Below, piece after piece: positions 10,963 to 22,919 of a stretch of DNA of 52,423 nt (position 1 is its first letter; every line of letters starts with the position of its first letter). The stretch is from Hyphochytrium catenoides. Taxonomy: Eukaryota > Protista > Hyphochytriomycota. The DNA lies in assembly GCA_900088475.1 (NCBI GenBank), contig FLMG01000613.1:1-52423 (forward strand), given 5' to 3'. Under the pieces are notes generated by a model. The model ran no database searches. It saw nothing but the letters and a program-made list of their open reading frames with translations, and had not been told where the DNA came from. A program made the position numbers and the translations under genes.

Positions 10963-13900
10963 TTCTCATCTTAGTTTCCTCCTTCAACACTACTTCAGCT
11001 TCAAACCCATCCCAGTCCAGACACATAGCTACGTAAGGGTAAGATCTTACTGTATATGTTACTGCAGAAAATCCAAACACAGATGAGCTACAAATTCACC
11101 ATCTCTTACCGGTGGGTAAGGGTTACAGGCTGCACTTCGGTTTTATTAGTAGGACATTAGGAGGAAGAATGGGATTCTCATTGCTTGGCCTTACTCTGTC
11201 TCCCTCTTATCTTACCTGTTTGCCATACATCAAGATCTCTCATCGCTTTCTCTGATTGAGCTGCTACTCTTTCTCTCCCTCATTTGACTCTGTCTCTCAG
11301 ACTGATATAGATTTCCTCCCTAACGCTTGTCTCTCCTCCCCAATGCGTTGTATCTCACTTGCCATTCTGTCTCCTTTCATTTGTTGGCGTTTCTAGGATG
11401 GACCCAACGTCAACCCCAACCTCCTTTCACAGGCGAAACCTTTCCCTTAAATGATATTGGAATCCTTCGAGTTAATTTGTGATGTAAAGCCAGCAATTTC
11501 CCCCCATGGAGTATGGCAGAAAGTTACACCGTTACGAAACATTTCAGCATGTATACTTCAGAAACTTCTTCAACCCAAGAAAAACTCAACAAGACAGGCC
11601 AGCACGCTTTCTCTCATCCTGGATTATCCCATTCTTGTCGCAAAAGTACAGGTTCTCAAATTCTCCTATTCAAGGGCTCGCTTTTGAGAAGACTGCATGT
11701 CCAATAACCTCGTAGTTTAGCTCCCCTTGGTTTAATAGCTACATAAGAGTCCGGATACGTCCTAGGGTTGACGCTTAAGGCTGCATTTTTATTTCTTGGG
11801 ATTCATTTTAATCTTGTGGAAAACGGTTAAGGATAGATAATATTCGGTCGGGCTCTCACTAAGAAGGTCGTTTGGGGGGTTAGGGAATACCGACTGTGCT
11901 GGCTTTGTTGAAGTTCTGGTGGGTGCGAAAGATCCGAAGATGCGGCCAAGGCAGCAGGCCAACATCATTGCGTTGAGCTTCAGTCTGTCATCGGTTCATG
12001 GTCTTGTCCACACGCCCAGGGCAACATCATCATTGAGCTCAGCTTTGGCACACCGCCTGCATGCTGTCTGTTTTTGCTGCTGTCCACTGCTGAACGTGCT
12101 CTCATACAGCTTGATCTTCTCCTGATGTTCCTTGTCCGGTGGTGCTGTTTGGAACGGGCTGATGCTTACGTTCAATCAGTACTCCTCCGTGGCTGTTAAT
12201 GCTGCCTACCTCCTGCTTATAACTCGCGGAAACCTAATGCCGCTGCTGCTGTCTACAATGCTGCCTCCCTGCCGTTGAAGACGTAATAGAGCATGAACTT
12301 TGCCTCCACTTCTCTCGAAGTGGCACGGCTGGAGTGCAAAGGTAGTAAAAGGCAAGGTGGGAAAGATATCACTCAGGCCGCTTAGCCATCCCACAGCAGA
12401 GCATTTGTCTGTGGACACTTCTGTGCTATCTCCTACCCTCTTGCACTTCCCTTTCTCTCCTCATCTCCACTCTAATAATTACATCGGCACCTCCTGTCAG
12501 TCGAAACCCCTGGCCTGTTTGCTGATCCTTCCTGAGTCATCACACTGCGCGGAATTGCGCCGGGTGACGTTAGGCCTTACCCATTGGCTGTTCTCCTCCC
12601 CTGTTTGAAAGCCTTTTCCCTCCCATGTCTGAACCCATATTTACCAGGCCATACATCGTGCCCTTTTTCTTCAATGCAAGCTATCCTTTTTCTCCCTTTG
12701 TCACATTGAATTCAAGTTGGTCGTGGTCCTAGTAGTGCTCCCAATGCGTTTCACCTTCTCACGCAGTCACGCAGCCAGGGATGCACCCTGGCTGGATTCG
12801 GCGGAGCTATGAGGAGAGTGTACGTGCAGAAGCGCACGCATTGCTCGTCACCACCACAATTTTTGGGGGGCCAGTAGGACAAGAACGTTCGTAACATAGT
12901 GCAATTTATTTCGCCGATATCACTCTACCGTGGAGAGGTATTTCCTCTACGTCCATCTGCTGAACGTCAGTCAGGCCACAGCCAGATTTTCTATTAGGCG
13001 CGTGCTCAGCGTATCCATCCCAGGGCCGTCAGAGGAGATGTGCCAGTAAATAAAGGGTCTCTCTTTAGTTGCCCTTAAGCAGCAGACCTTTTGTTCCTTC
13101 AGAACTCCACTTACTGCTCTCCCTGCTACACAATACGAACTCCCTTTGCCGCTAAGAGGGTACTGAGCGACATGGGTAGCTGGAAACCGGCCACTGGGAT
13201 GCCAAAGAGCAGCAAGTGGCCGACGTAGGGCACTAAGACTTAGGTGTTGTTCCTCACAGGCTTCTGATTCACCTCTCTCTACTTCCCTGTTACTGAAAGC
13301 AAATGGCATGATGGTTCACCCGCCATTTGAAACCATGGAGGCTATTAAAGACATAGAGCTTTTGTACCTTCTGCGCAATAAATAAGGGCAAGCTGGTGAA
13401 GATTGACTAACGGAAGTTGTAAGAGCGCCAAGCGTCTAATAGTTCATTGACCAGCAGATTTCACTTTGGTCATCGAGACGATACACGACCGCTTGGTAGA
13501 GTGCCCCTGGGAACACAGAAGTAATGAGATGCTCTATCAAGGTGTACGGAGGCTCCGCGTCAAGAAGTAGCGAGCCCAACTGGCCCTTGGAACAATGGAG
13601 GAGATGGCAGGCAACAACTCATCTATGCTGGAGATCCCCAGGATCGGTCGGCCGACTTCCATAAGCACTAACAAGCTTGAGCATTTTGAAAATGAGAGCC
13701 AGCCGAGCGCATGCTTTACGCTCTCTAGGACCCCAGCACCGCCTAATATACAAGTCTTTGACACACAGACCACTATTTGCTACTATCAGGCTCCTATGCC
13801 CTGGTGGTCGGGAAGCGCCAATGAAACAGTCCTCCGCTAAATGCTATAGTAGGGAACAATTCCCTGCTTCCTCTTACACCGCTTCTTCCTTTGAAGCCGG

Positions 13901-15692
13901 ATGGGCACATGGTCATCCTCCCACGTGCTTCTTATCTTCTTTCTAAAGGCCAGAGATCGTATCATGCAAATGAACCTGTGGAGATTAAGATGGTGGGGAG
14001 TGTGGGGAGTACCCCCAAAGTTATTAATGGCGCAGGCCGCGGGGCTCCCAGTGACTTATTAGTGCCAATGTGGTTTAACTGGCCAATGTGGTCTGCTCGC
14101 CATTGAACCGAATACCCGTATGCAGACGGGAAGCGCTGCCTGCTACGACGCTACTATCGCCACCTCAACATTTTAGTATATAACACTAGAGAATGATATT
14201 CGGGAGTTGGAAGCAGTGGCACGAGAAGTCAAACTCAAGGCAAAGGAATACCATCGATCAGGGAAGATACAGTGAAGAAGCCGTCAGAAGAAAGGACAAA
14301 GAGCGGTGCCAGTCGATTATAAATCAGCCAGCTCTTAGACTATTGTGCCGCCCCTCTACTGCTATGGTACAACGTCAGCGCCCGGCATACTGAGGAGTGA
14401 AAGCTTCAAAAGGACACTGATGAGGTCTGACATCTCCATCTTCAGGTCGCTTGATTGCCATCAGAACTTCGGACAAGAGCGCAGAGACACTGCAGAGACA
14501 ATGAGCCGTACAGAACCAGAACCTCATTTATTTGTGAGATACATGGTTAGCCGTTTATTATTCCTGATCTGAGAAGGTATGGTGATGTGATTGACACTGC
14601 CCACGAAGATCTTAGTCCAAGCCGAAAATCTTCCTTGCTCAAACACTTCTTGACCCAAAGTATAGTTTTCTATATCGATTCCTATTCTACCTAGCTACGA
14701 ATATAATATCGAAAGACAGTAACTCTAAGAGGGCTCCTTTGGGCTACGAAGATACCGTAAATATGAGCGGTTGATTAGGATCAAGGACGGAAACTAAAAT
14801 TTGGTCAGATCAGAATTGATGTTCGTTTCATTGGAACTTGAGTCTCCGTCCGACTCGCCTCCTCCTCCTCAGATCATTGGACAAACAGTGCCCTTTTGAC
14901 TTATATTAGCAGCAGCGGCGATGAGTGCTGAAGGAGAAGCGGTCTCTGGCTGGCTCTCGAGTCATGGTAGACAGACACCATCCACTGCTCAGACGGCTAT
15001 CCCTTACTTAGGTCCCAGGATGGCTGTCATGATGAGGGACGGCATGGAGGAGGGCCGATAAGAGATGGTTCCTCTTGATCTCCAGTGCAGTGAGGACAAG
15101 AGACGGACCGCGGACGGAACAACTATCGCTCATGAGGGTTCCACATACTCTTACCAACTCTCTCTCTCTCTCTTCCTGTGTGTGTGCCTCTCGCGTTCTC
15201 CTTTCTTTCTCTCCTCTCACACCTCTGACCGTTTTGGGGCTCGCGTCCTGGTGCTTTCTAACTATTCTCACTTTCTATGCCCGATGACCCTCTATCACAT
15301 TTGTTGCTTTGTTCTGTCGTTCCCGTTTCCACTGTCCTTTGCACCAAGCTGCCTGCCTCAATACTTCTTTCTTTATGTATTTTTTATCATATAATAAGAC
15401 CAGCTTAGCTCGCAGCACTGTGATGTCCTACCAAGGAATCCGAACAATGAACCTCAAGCAAGGCAATGAATGTCCATGGCCGCTAATCGACAGACACTTT
15501 GCGGTAAACCCACTAAAGACTCAGTGACAAATTTGACATAGAGAGTGTAGCAGTAGGCTGCGAGCGCACCAAATCGGCTACTTAGCTAGCCAACGGCGCA
15601 AGGGCTAATCCCTCCTCGCTCTCCTCTCGAAGATCTGATCTCTGTCATTCTGTCCCGAAAGCTGTTAGGCTTCAGGGATCCTGAGGGATATA

Positions 15693-17405
15693 ATGACCTC
15701 AAAGACAGGCAATGAACACTCAGCTTCTCCAGCGTATGAAGTCTCTCAGACCCCGAGGCCTCTTCAACGTGAGTCTGTTGCTACCTCCCGCCTCAGCGCA
15801 ATGGAGGCCACGCCTCTTTCTCAAGCCATGCCTGAGGGACGACATAGTCGATGCTACTCCATACTTCGGAATCAGACTTTCCTTATCCTGGTTGGCGCTG
15901 CGCTAGGTATCTTGCTAGGCATTGCCATTAGCAATGGCCGTGTCAGCAAGGATGTTGTCTCCTGGATAGCGTTGCCGGGAGATTTATTCCTACGCGCGCT
16001 AAAGTGCGTGGTGCTACCACTTGTCTTTGTGAATGTAGTCTTGGCCGTCATTGAGATGATGGAAGTGGGGAAGGCGGTCAGCATCGGCTGGAAGACAATT
16101 GCTTTGTACACATTCACGACTCTCGTCGCTGCGATGGAAGGATTGATCTCCGTTATAGCTTTTAAGTCGATGTTCTCAAGACTTGACGTTACCTCAGGCC
16201 AAAGCAGCGCGAAGATTGTGCAGCTAACCTGTCCGAGCGATCCTAACTCCTATATGTTTGAGCAGAATGGCACTCTCTCTTGCCTATCCGCAAATACCGC
16301 GGGCCTTAATAGCTCTTTCTCCCAGTTCGAGCTTGTAGATGTAAACAAAGTCCTCGTTGTGAAGGACGTGGGACCCAAGAACGACATCTCCTTCTCTCAG
16401 ACAGTGCAGGACGGCATTTTTCGCAAGATGGTACCCTATAACATCTTCGTTGACTTCAGCGATGCTAACTTCATTGGCGTCATTGCGTTCGCCGTTGCTT
16501 TTGCTGTGGCTGCACAGTTGAGGCCCAAGAAAGAACGGGATGTGTCGGCAAGAAAGCTCCGCGTGATGGAGATCATGTCAGAGCTGAATGACATCTTCTT
16601 GGTGCTGATCAATGCAGTGATATACCTCACTGCACCTGCCGTTGTCTCTCTCATTGCTGGCGCGTTAGGACAGCGGTCCAATCTGGCAAAGGTCTTCTCT
16701 GACATTGGAGTTTTGATGGCGGCAACGATGCTGGCAATGCTCTTTCATGCACTCGTGGTCTATCCTTCTCTATTCTACATGGCGGTGAAGAAGAACCCTT
16801 TTAGCTACCTGAAGTTCCTGGTCCCCGCGCAGACCTTTGCCTTTGCTTCCGCCTCGTCCGCTGCCACTTTGCCGGTAACCATGCGCTGTGTGGCGGATTC
16901 TGGAGAGGTGCCTTCCTCTGTGGCGAACTTTGTTCTCTCTCTTGGAGCAACTATCAATATGGACGGTGGAGCCATCTACTTTCCGGTCGCCATTGTCTTC
17001 TTGGCTGTCACCTCTGGCTATGAAAGTGAGCTTGGTATTGTTTCTTACATCCTTATGGTCCTCCTGGCAACGCTGGGATCGGCAGGAGCAGCCCCTGTGC
17101 CCTCGGCTTCGTTGGTTCTCATTATCACCGCCTTTAACACAGTCTTCGATACCTCTGGGACGCCGGAAACGTTCTCTTACATCCTCGCGATTGACTGGCT
17201 TATGGATCGCTTCCGCACGGTTGTTAATATCACTGGAGACGCGGTAGTAACAAGAATGGTGACCGCGATGTCTGACCTAGACGTCCAGGCTGAAACCTTA
17301 CTTCAGGGAGATGAGAAGAGAGGAAGCATTGCCTCGCAAGTGCTTGAAGGGCGACTTAGCCGCAAGATGACTGAGCCTCAGCTGCTGCAGCATCAGCACC
17401 AGTAA
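15693..17405 (+). CDS. Dicarboxylate/amino acid:cation symporter (DAACS/SDF/SLC1 family), probably a glutamate/aspartate transporter
   Basis: Intronless 570-aa ORF with family motifs PGDLFLRALKCVVLPLV, FAFASASSAATLPVT, LGATINMDGGAIY, LGSAGAAPVPSAS and LAIDWLMDRFRTVVNITGD; multiple TM segments. Confidence 0.95.
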   Translation: MTSKTGNEHSASPAYEVSQTPRPLQRESVATSRLSAMEATPLSQAMPEGRHSRCYSILRNQTFLILVGAALGILLGIAISNGRVSKDVVSWIALPGDLFLRALKCVVLPLVFVNVVLAVIEMMEVGKAVSIGWKTIALYTFTTLVAAMEGLISVIAFKSMFSRLDVTSGQSSAKIVQLTCPSDPNSYMFEQNGTLSCLSANTAGLNSSFSQFELVDVNKVLVVKDVGPKNDISFSQTVQDGIFRKMVPYNIFVDFSDANFIGVIAFAVAFAVAAQLRPKKERDVSARKLRVMEIMSELNDIFLVLINAVIYLTAPAVVSLIAGALGQRSNLAKVFSDIGVLMAATMLAMLFHALVVYPSLFYMAVKKNPFSYLKFLVPAQTFAFASASSAATLPVTMRCVADSGEVPSSVANFVLSLGATINMDGGAIYFPVAIVFLAVTSGYESELGIVSYILMVLLATLGSAGAAPVPSASLVLIITAFNTVFDTSGTPETFSYILAIDWLMDRFRTVVNITGDAVVTRMVTAMSDLDVQAETLLQGDEKRGSIASQVLEGRLSRKMTEPQLLQHQHQ

Positions 17406-18357
17406 GAGGAAGAAGCTCGAAATGATGCTCGCCAATGTTGGCATCTCAATGCCTATAGTAGACAAAGACAAGAGTGAGACGAAGATAACAAGTCGTCCTT
17501 TGCCTGAGCATCCTTCTTTCTTCTCTGCTTACCGTGTCCCTATCTTCGTCTTTGTATGTAGATTTAATTCCTAAAAATGACATGGACAATGCACCGCCGA
17601 TGTTTAGGAGGCAAAGCGGCTCCTCATGATAAAGATGCAGCTCGCCAGCTTCAGCGGCGAGCAGCGTAAACTCTAGGGCATAATAAGTGCAGGTAGTTTG
17701 GGAAGAGATGGTACAACCCTGAGACTATTGCCCTCTGCAGCGCTAAGATGGCTTGATTCATCTTTTTCATGGGGTGTCCTATCCCATCACTACGTCATGG
17801 GTAGCACTAGCCTTGTCTATCCTGACACACCGCCAACCCACCAAGCAGATCGTTCATATCATCAGTGACTTGCCAAGACTTTCGAGTGCTTTCATAGAAG
17901 AGACTGGCCTCATCAATAGGGGTGCAGTGCCGAATCGTCGCGGGTCGCTGTGTTTCCCTAACAAACCATAAGCAAACAGAAGTGGACTGACGGAACCTGC
18001 TCTCTGGAACTAGAGGAGCACGAAGGCTACGTTTCCTGGCACTTCCGGTAGTTTGTAGAGTGTCAAGCAGGCATTTTGCCAAGGGCATCTAGTCATTAGT
18101 AGTTCCCAAGGCTTTCACCCATTGTCATCTCCATCAGTCTTCCTCTTCCCTCACACGAGTTGGCGGAGTGACTTACGCTCGCTTCATGCCTTACTGATAA
18201 GTTGGAGCTGTGGAGTGGCACTCTCACAGGACAGAGGCTACTTCTGAAGGCAAAAGGACATGGAGGAGGCAAGTTATGTGCATCAATGCTTTACAGATAC
18301 TATTATAAAGACCTGGTTCTTATCAGATCATCACGAATTAATGCCGCAGCACGAGGT

Positions 18358-21300
18358 CTACACAGCTGCGGACGTAACGCCAGCTGCTGGCGCGGTGTTT
18401 CCTTTCCGAGACTTGAGCCAGCAAGTGCCACCATTGTAGCCACTCCATGAGAATGCTCCACAGCCTGTTGTTCCTCTGCAAATGGCGCAGCACTCCTCCG
18501 GGGCCGTGCCAGGAACTCCTCTGAGGTCGTTGCCGATGTAGTCAACTCCGACTTCTAAAGCCTTACACTTGTAGACCCTACCAGAGGTGACACCAGCTAC
18601 GGTGACGCCACTGCCTTTTCCTGCCTTGAGGAAGCACGTCCCTCCCTGCCAGGCAGACCAGCTGTACGCATTGCATGCGGTGTTTGCATTGCAGGCCGCA
18701 CAGCAGCCCGAGGCACTTGCACTAAGTACCTGAGCTACATTGGCCCCTGTGTAGTCAATGCCAGCCTCCAGGGGATAGCAACCAGTTCCTGAAGGTGGAG
18801 GAGTGGGAGCGGGTGTAGGAGCAGGAGTAGGTGCAGGAGGGGTTCCACCATTTAGGACGGCAGAGGTAACGCCAGGTACTACGTTTGTTGCCCCCTTTCC
18901 AGTTTTGAGCCAGCACGTCCCGCCTTCATAGCCACTCCAGCTAAAGGCCTTACATCCCGCAGTAGCTGCACAGATTGCACAGCAACCCGCTGGTGCTGAG
19001 CTTTTCGCTGCGCTGAGATCGTTTGCTACATAATCCACACCAACTTCGAGGGCACTGCATTGGGTCGGTGGAGGAGTTGGAGGGGTTGTGGGAGCGAGTG
19101 TAGGTGCAGGAGTAGGTGCAGGCGTAGGAGGAGTGGTTGGTGCAGGTGTAGGGGACGTCGTCGGAGCGGGTGTGGGGGTTGGAGGAGTTGTAGGAGCCGG
19201 AGTAGGAGATGGGGGTGTCCCGCCGTTGAGCACTGCAGAAGTGACGCCAGGAGCAGCTTTGGTAGTTCCTTTTCCTGTTTTGAGCCAGCAAGTGCCACCC
19301 TCATAGCCGCTCCAACTAAAGGCCTTACATCCCACAGTAGCGGCACAGATGGCACAGCAGCCCGTTGCTGCTGGGCTCTTCGCAGGGCTTAAGTCGTTAT
19401 TCACGTAGTCCACGTTAACCTCTAGGGCGCTACATTGAGAAGGAGGGGGAGTCGGAGGGGTGGTTGGAGCTGGAGTCGGAGTAGTAGTTGGGGCCGGTGT
19501 CGGGGTAGGAGGTGTCGTAGGTGCCGGTGTCGGGGTAGGAGGAGTTGTTGGCGCTGGTGTAGGGGCAGGAGGTGCTCCAAGGACGCCAGAGACCATACCG
19601 GCCCCAGGGACGGTGGCTCCTTTTCCGGTCTTCAGCCAGCACGTGCCTCCGTTATAGTTACTCCAAGTGAAGGCTCCACAGCCCGCCGTCGCAGCGCAGA
19701 TTGCACAACAGCCACCAGAAGTGGCGCTAGGAGCTCCCTTGATGTCGTTGTTCACATAGTCAACCCCAATTTCGAGGGTACCGCACTGGGGAGCAGGAGG
19801 CGCCGTCGTTGGCGGTGTAGGAGGTGGGGTGGGAGGTGCAGTGGTCGGAGTGATAACAACCACAGAGGCTGCCGAAGCACCTGGAAGTGCGACAGCTGCT
19901 CCCTTTTGGCTCTTCAGCCAGCAAGTTCCTCCGTTGAAGCCGGTCCATACAAAGGCCTTGCAGCCAGTGGTCTCCTTGCAATCCGCACAGCACAGATCAG
20001 CGCTAGCTCTCTGGGTATCCTTCAAGTCATTTCCTGGGTAGTCCACATCTTTCTCGAGAGCTGAACATGTGGTAGGAGGAGGAGTTATTGGCCCATCCTT
20101 GAGCTTTCCAGAGATAGTGCCTGGCTTTGCTACAGGGGTGGCTCCAGCAGCAGCAGCGCCCTTGAAGTAGCAGACATTCTCAAACCACGTCCAAGCAGCG
20201 CAACCGGCAACCTTCTGACACTGACTGCAGCACTCGCCTGGAGCCATATCCTTCCCTACGACCTGCTGGCCAGTACCATCAATGAGGTCGAGGCCAAAGA
20301 TGTCCATTCCCTCGAAGATATTGCAAGCACCATCAATGACGCCTGTTAGATGGTCGGAAAGCGTTAGATAAGCTCAAAAAGAACAAGGCACACGACGGCA
20401 ATGATCATAGCACGGAGAAGATAGAGCGGATGCAAAGGGAAGGAGAGGGAGAGAGTCTTCTTATAAGGCAGAGAATTTGAGCTTACCGCCTGCACAGGGG
20501 TTGCCCACATGGTTGCAGTTCTGTGGATACATGCAGAGTTCATCGGTAGCCTCCAGGCCCGAGGGGTTCTTCGCTGAGAGTTGAATGCAGTACCAGTAGG
20601 TGGCGGTCTCACATCCCAACGGAGCAAATGTGACGCTGGTGGACTTATCAGTGGAAACAAGTGCCTTCTCTTGCTCTAGATGCGTGTGAGCGTCGTGGTG
20701 GAGAATCACTCTCAGAGTGGTTGAGACCTTAGATAGCTCGTGATTAGCGTCGGAGACGGTGTAGCCAACGGTGTAGCGAATATCCTGAAGTCCAGGAGGA
20801 TAGAGACAATTCTTCTCTGGCTGCGTCAGCGTCGCCACAGGTGGAGCATCGTTCAAAGTGACTACTAAGCTCGTTGTCCCGCTCTTTCCCGCTGAGTTGG
20901 TGACAGTGAGAGTCACAGTGAATGTCTTGATGCCGGTTGCAGTGAACGTTTGAGTGGTGATCCTTGCATTGCTTGTGGCTCCATTGCCAAAGTCCCAGCG
21001 GTAGGTGAGCACTCCGTTGTTGGGGTCAGAGCTCTTGGAAGCGTCAAAGGTGACGGTAAGGGGAGAAGTTCCGTAGAGAGTTGAAGCTGTAGCAACCGCA
21101 ATAGGAGGCAGAGTTCCGTCGTTGAGCACTGCGCGCATGATGCTGCCCTTCCAGACATCGCCCTACAAGCCAACAAGAAGGACAGATTAGAAAAGAGCAG
21201 GAATGCTAGGGCTACAAAGTAACCTTGCTTACCCAGTATACACCTCCCCGCGTGGGATGAGAGGCGACGAAGACGAGATTCAGATCTCCAGCTGCATGGA

Positions 21301-22919
21301 AAAGGCTGCCGCCTCCCACAGTAGGCTCATGATCCCCATCAAACTTGAACCTTCGGATCCATTTGCCAGTGAAGTCAGCGTGTAGGTAAGAACCAAGGTA
21401 GTCAGCTGGTACACCTCCCGTAAGGAAGGTACCACCAACGCTGGAGGAGCCAGTGAAGGCATCACTGTACTGATTGGGCAAGCCCATGACCGCTACAAGG
21501 GAGTGATTGATGAAGGAAGTAGATTAGAGAGAGCAGCCTATGAAGGTGCAAAGGTAAAGAGATGCACTAACCTCCTCTGACGTTAACCTGAGATGCCTGA
21601 CGCCACGCGAACTTCGGTCCAATATAGTTGGTTGGGACTCCGAGTCCATGAGGATCTCCAGGGTACTCAGGAGTACGGGCATTACCCTCATAGAAAGGCC
21701 ATCCATGGTTCTGGCCAGCTGCAAGATGCAAAGATAATGGGGAGAAGAGGAGGAGAGCCGTAAGCTACCTCTTAACAACCTCGCTGAGGGTTTAAATATT
21801 CTTCCTACGTTCGCACCTGCAGTAACAATAGTAAGCTCATCCCAGCTTCCGAGGCCCACATCGCCCACGTACAAGATGTTGGTGCCAGGCTTGAAGGTCC
21901 AGTGGTAAGGGTTACGGAAACCTCTAGCATACACGCGGGCACGCGCAGAGAAAGGATCAACGCCACCCGTGAAGAAGGGGTTACCAGGCGCTCCGGCACC
22001 GGTCTCTGGGTCAATCCTCAGAATCTTCCCATTCATTGCGTCCAAGATCTGCGCACGGTAGGCGCCGACATTTGTCTGTCCGTTAATAATACCTCTCTCT
22101 AGCCCTTGGAGACCAAAACTTCCGCCCTCATTGTTCTTGGTATCTGCACCGTCAAACCCTGCGCCATCACCGTGGCTGAGATAGAGGTAGCCGTCGGCAC
22201 CGAAGTTGATAGATCCAACGCCATGAGTGGTGGAGAGCACTGGGATACCGTTAGTCTTGTCAGAGCCAATGAGGATTTTCTTCGAGTTAGCGATGATCTT
22301 TGTAAAATTGGCTGCCGGATCTGGATGATGAGAGCGAATGACTCGTTAGATCCTCTGACAGAAGAGGGAGATAGTAAGGAAAGAGAGGAGGAGAGAGTGA
22401 GAGAGAAGGAGAGAGAGAGAGAGAATGAGAGAGACAGGAGAGGATAATAAGCGAGAAGGTCAACAGGCCGGCGCACTCTGTTATACCTGCAGTCCAGCGG
22501 GAGAGACGGGAGATGGTGGCTCCAGCGGTATCAAGTGGATCATTGTACCCGATATACTTCTTCTCAAGCACGTAGAAGGTATAAAAGTACCCGTTGCTCT
22601 TGAAGTTTGGATGCAGTGCAAAGCCCAGCAGGCCATGGTCACAGCAGCTCATTACCTCGTCCTGAATGTCGAGCAGCACATTCCGCACGTTGCCGTCAAT
22701 AGCAAGGACGCGGCCAGGCTTCTCCCACACATAAACGCGCTCTCCAGTGCCAAGAGGACTATCAGGTCCCCAGACCATGCCAATTGGCTGATTGATGTTG
22801 TCAAGAAACACCTCCTCTCTCCATCCTGCCGGCACTGCACTCACCGGCCCGCAGTATAGAGCAAAGATACAGGCTGCAAGGACAGCCAGGCAACTCGGCA
22901 CAGACGATGGACGTACCAT
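18358..22919 (-). CDS. Secreted glucose/sorbosone dehydrogenase (GSDH, PQQ-type beta-propeller) + PKD domain + seven PAN/apple repeats with Pro/Thr linkers (6 exons)
   Basis: Exons 22919-22487, 22320-21817, 21718-21572, 21492-21233, 21162-20487, 20342-18358, all GT-AG and in phase. Signal peptide MVRPSSVPSCLAVLAACIFALYCGPVSA. GSDH motifs DHGLLGFALHPNF, THGVGSINFGADGYLYLSHGDG, NGKILRIDP, GFRNPY, LYVGDVG, NHGWPFYEG. PKD motif PLTVTFDASKSSDP..YRWDFGNG. Seven repeats of C..LE..VDY..ND...CC..C....GC.AF.W....GTCWLK. Confidence 0.9.

Noticed and set aside
9844-11086. ORFs upstream of the kinase
   Set aside because: Low complexity, interrupted by a gap, with no recognisable motif or convincing exon chain.
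11400-15000. Possible decayed transposon or pseudogene; short hairpin cagccaggg-atgca-ccctggctg near 12773-12795
   Set aside because: No RT, integrase or transposase motif and no termini identified. A 9-bp stem can arise by chance in 52 kb.
15693-17405. Intronless DAACS gene as a recent bacterial transfer or contaminant
   Set aside because: It has eukaryote-style N- and C-terminal tails and an extracellular loop with a Cys pair and N-glycosylation sequons. Other genes in the window are also intronless.
18950-20064. Arg/Cys-rich and Gly/Val-rich ORFs overlapping the PAN gene
   Set aside because: Alternate-frame and antisense shadows of the Pro/Thr linkers.
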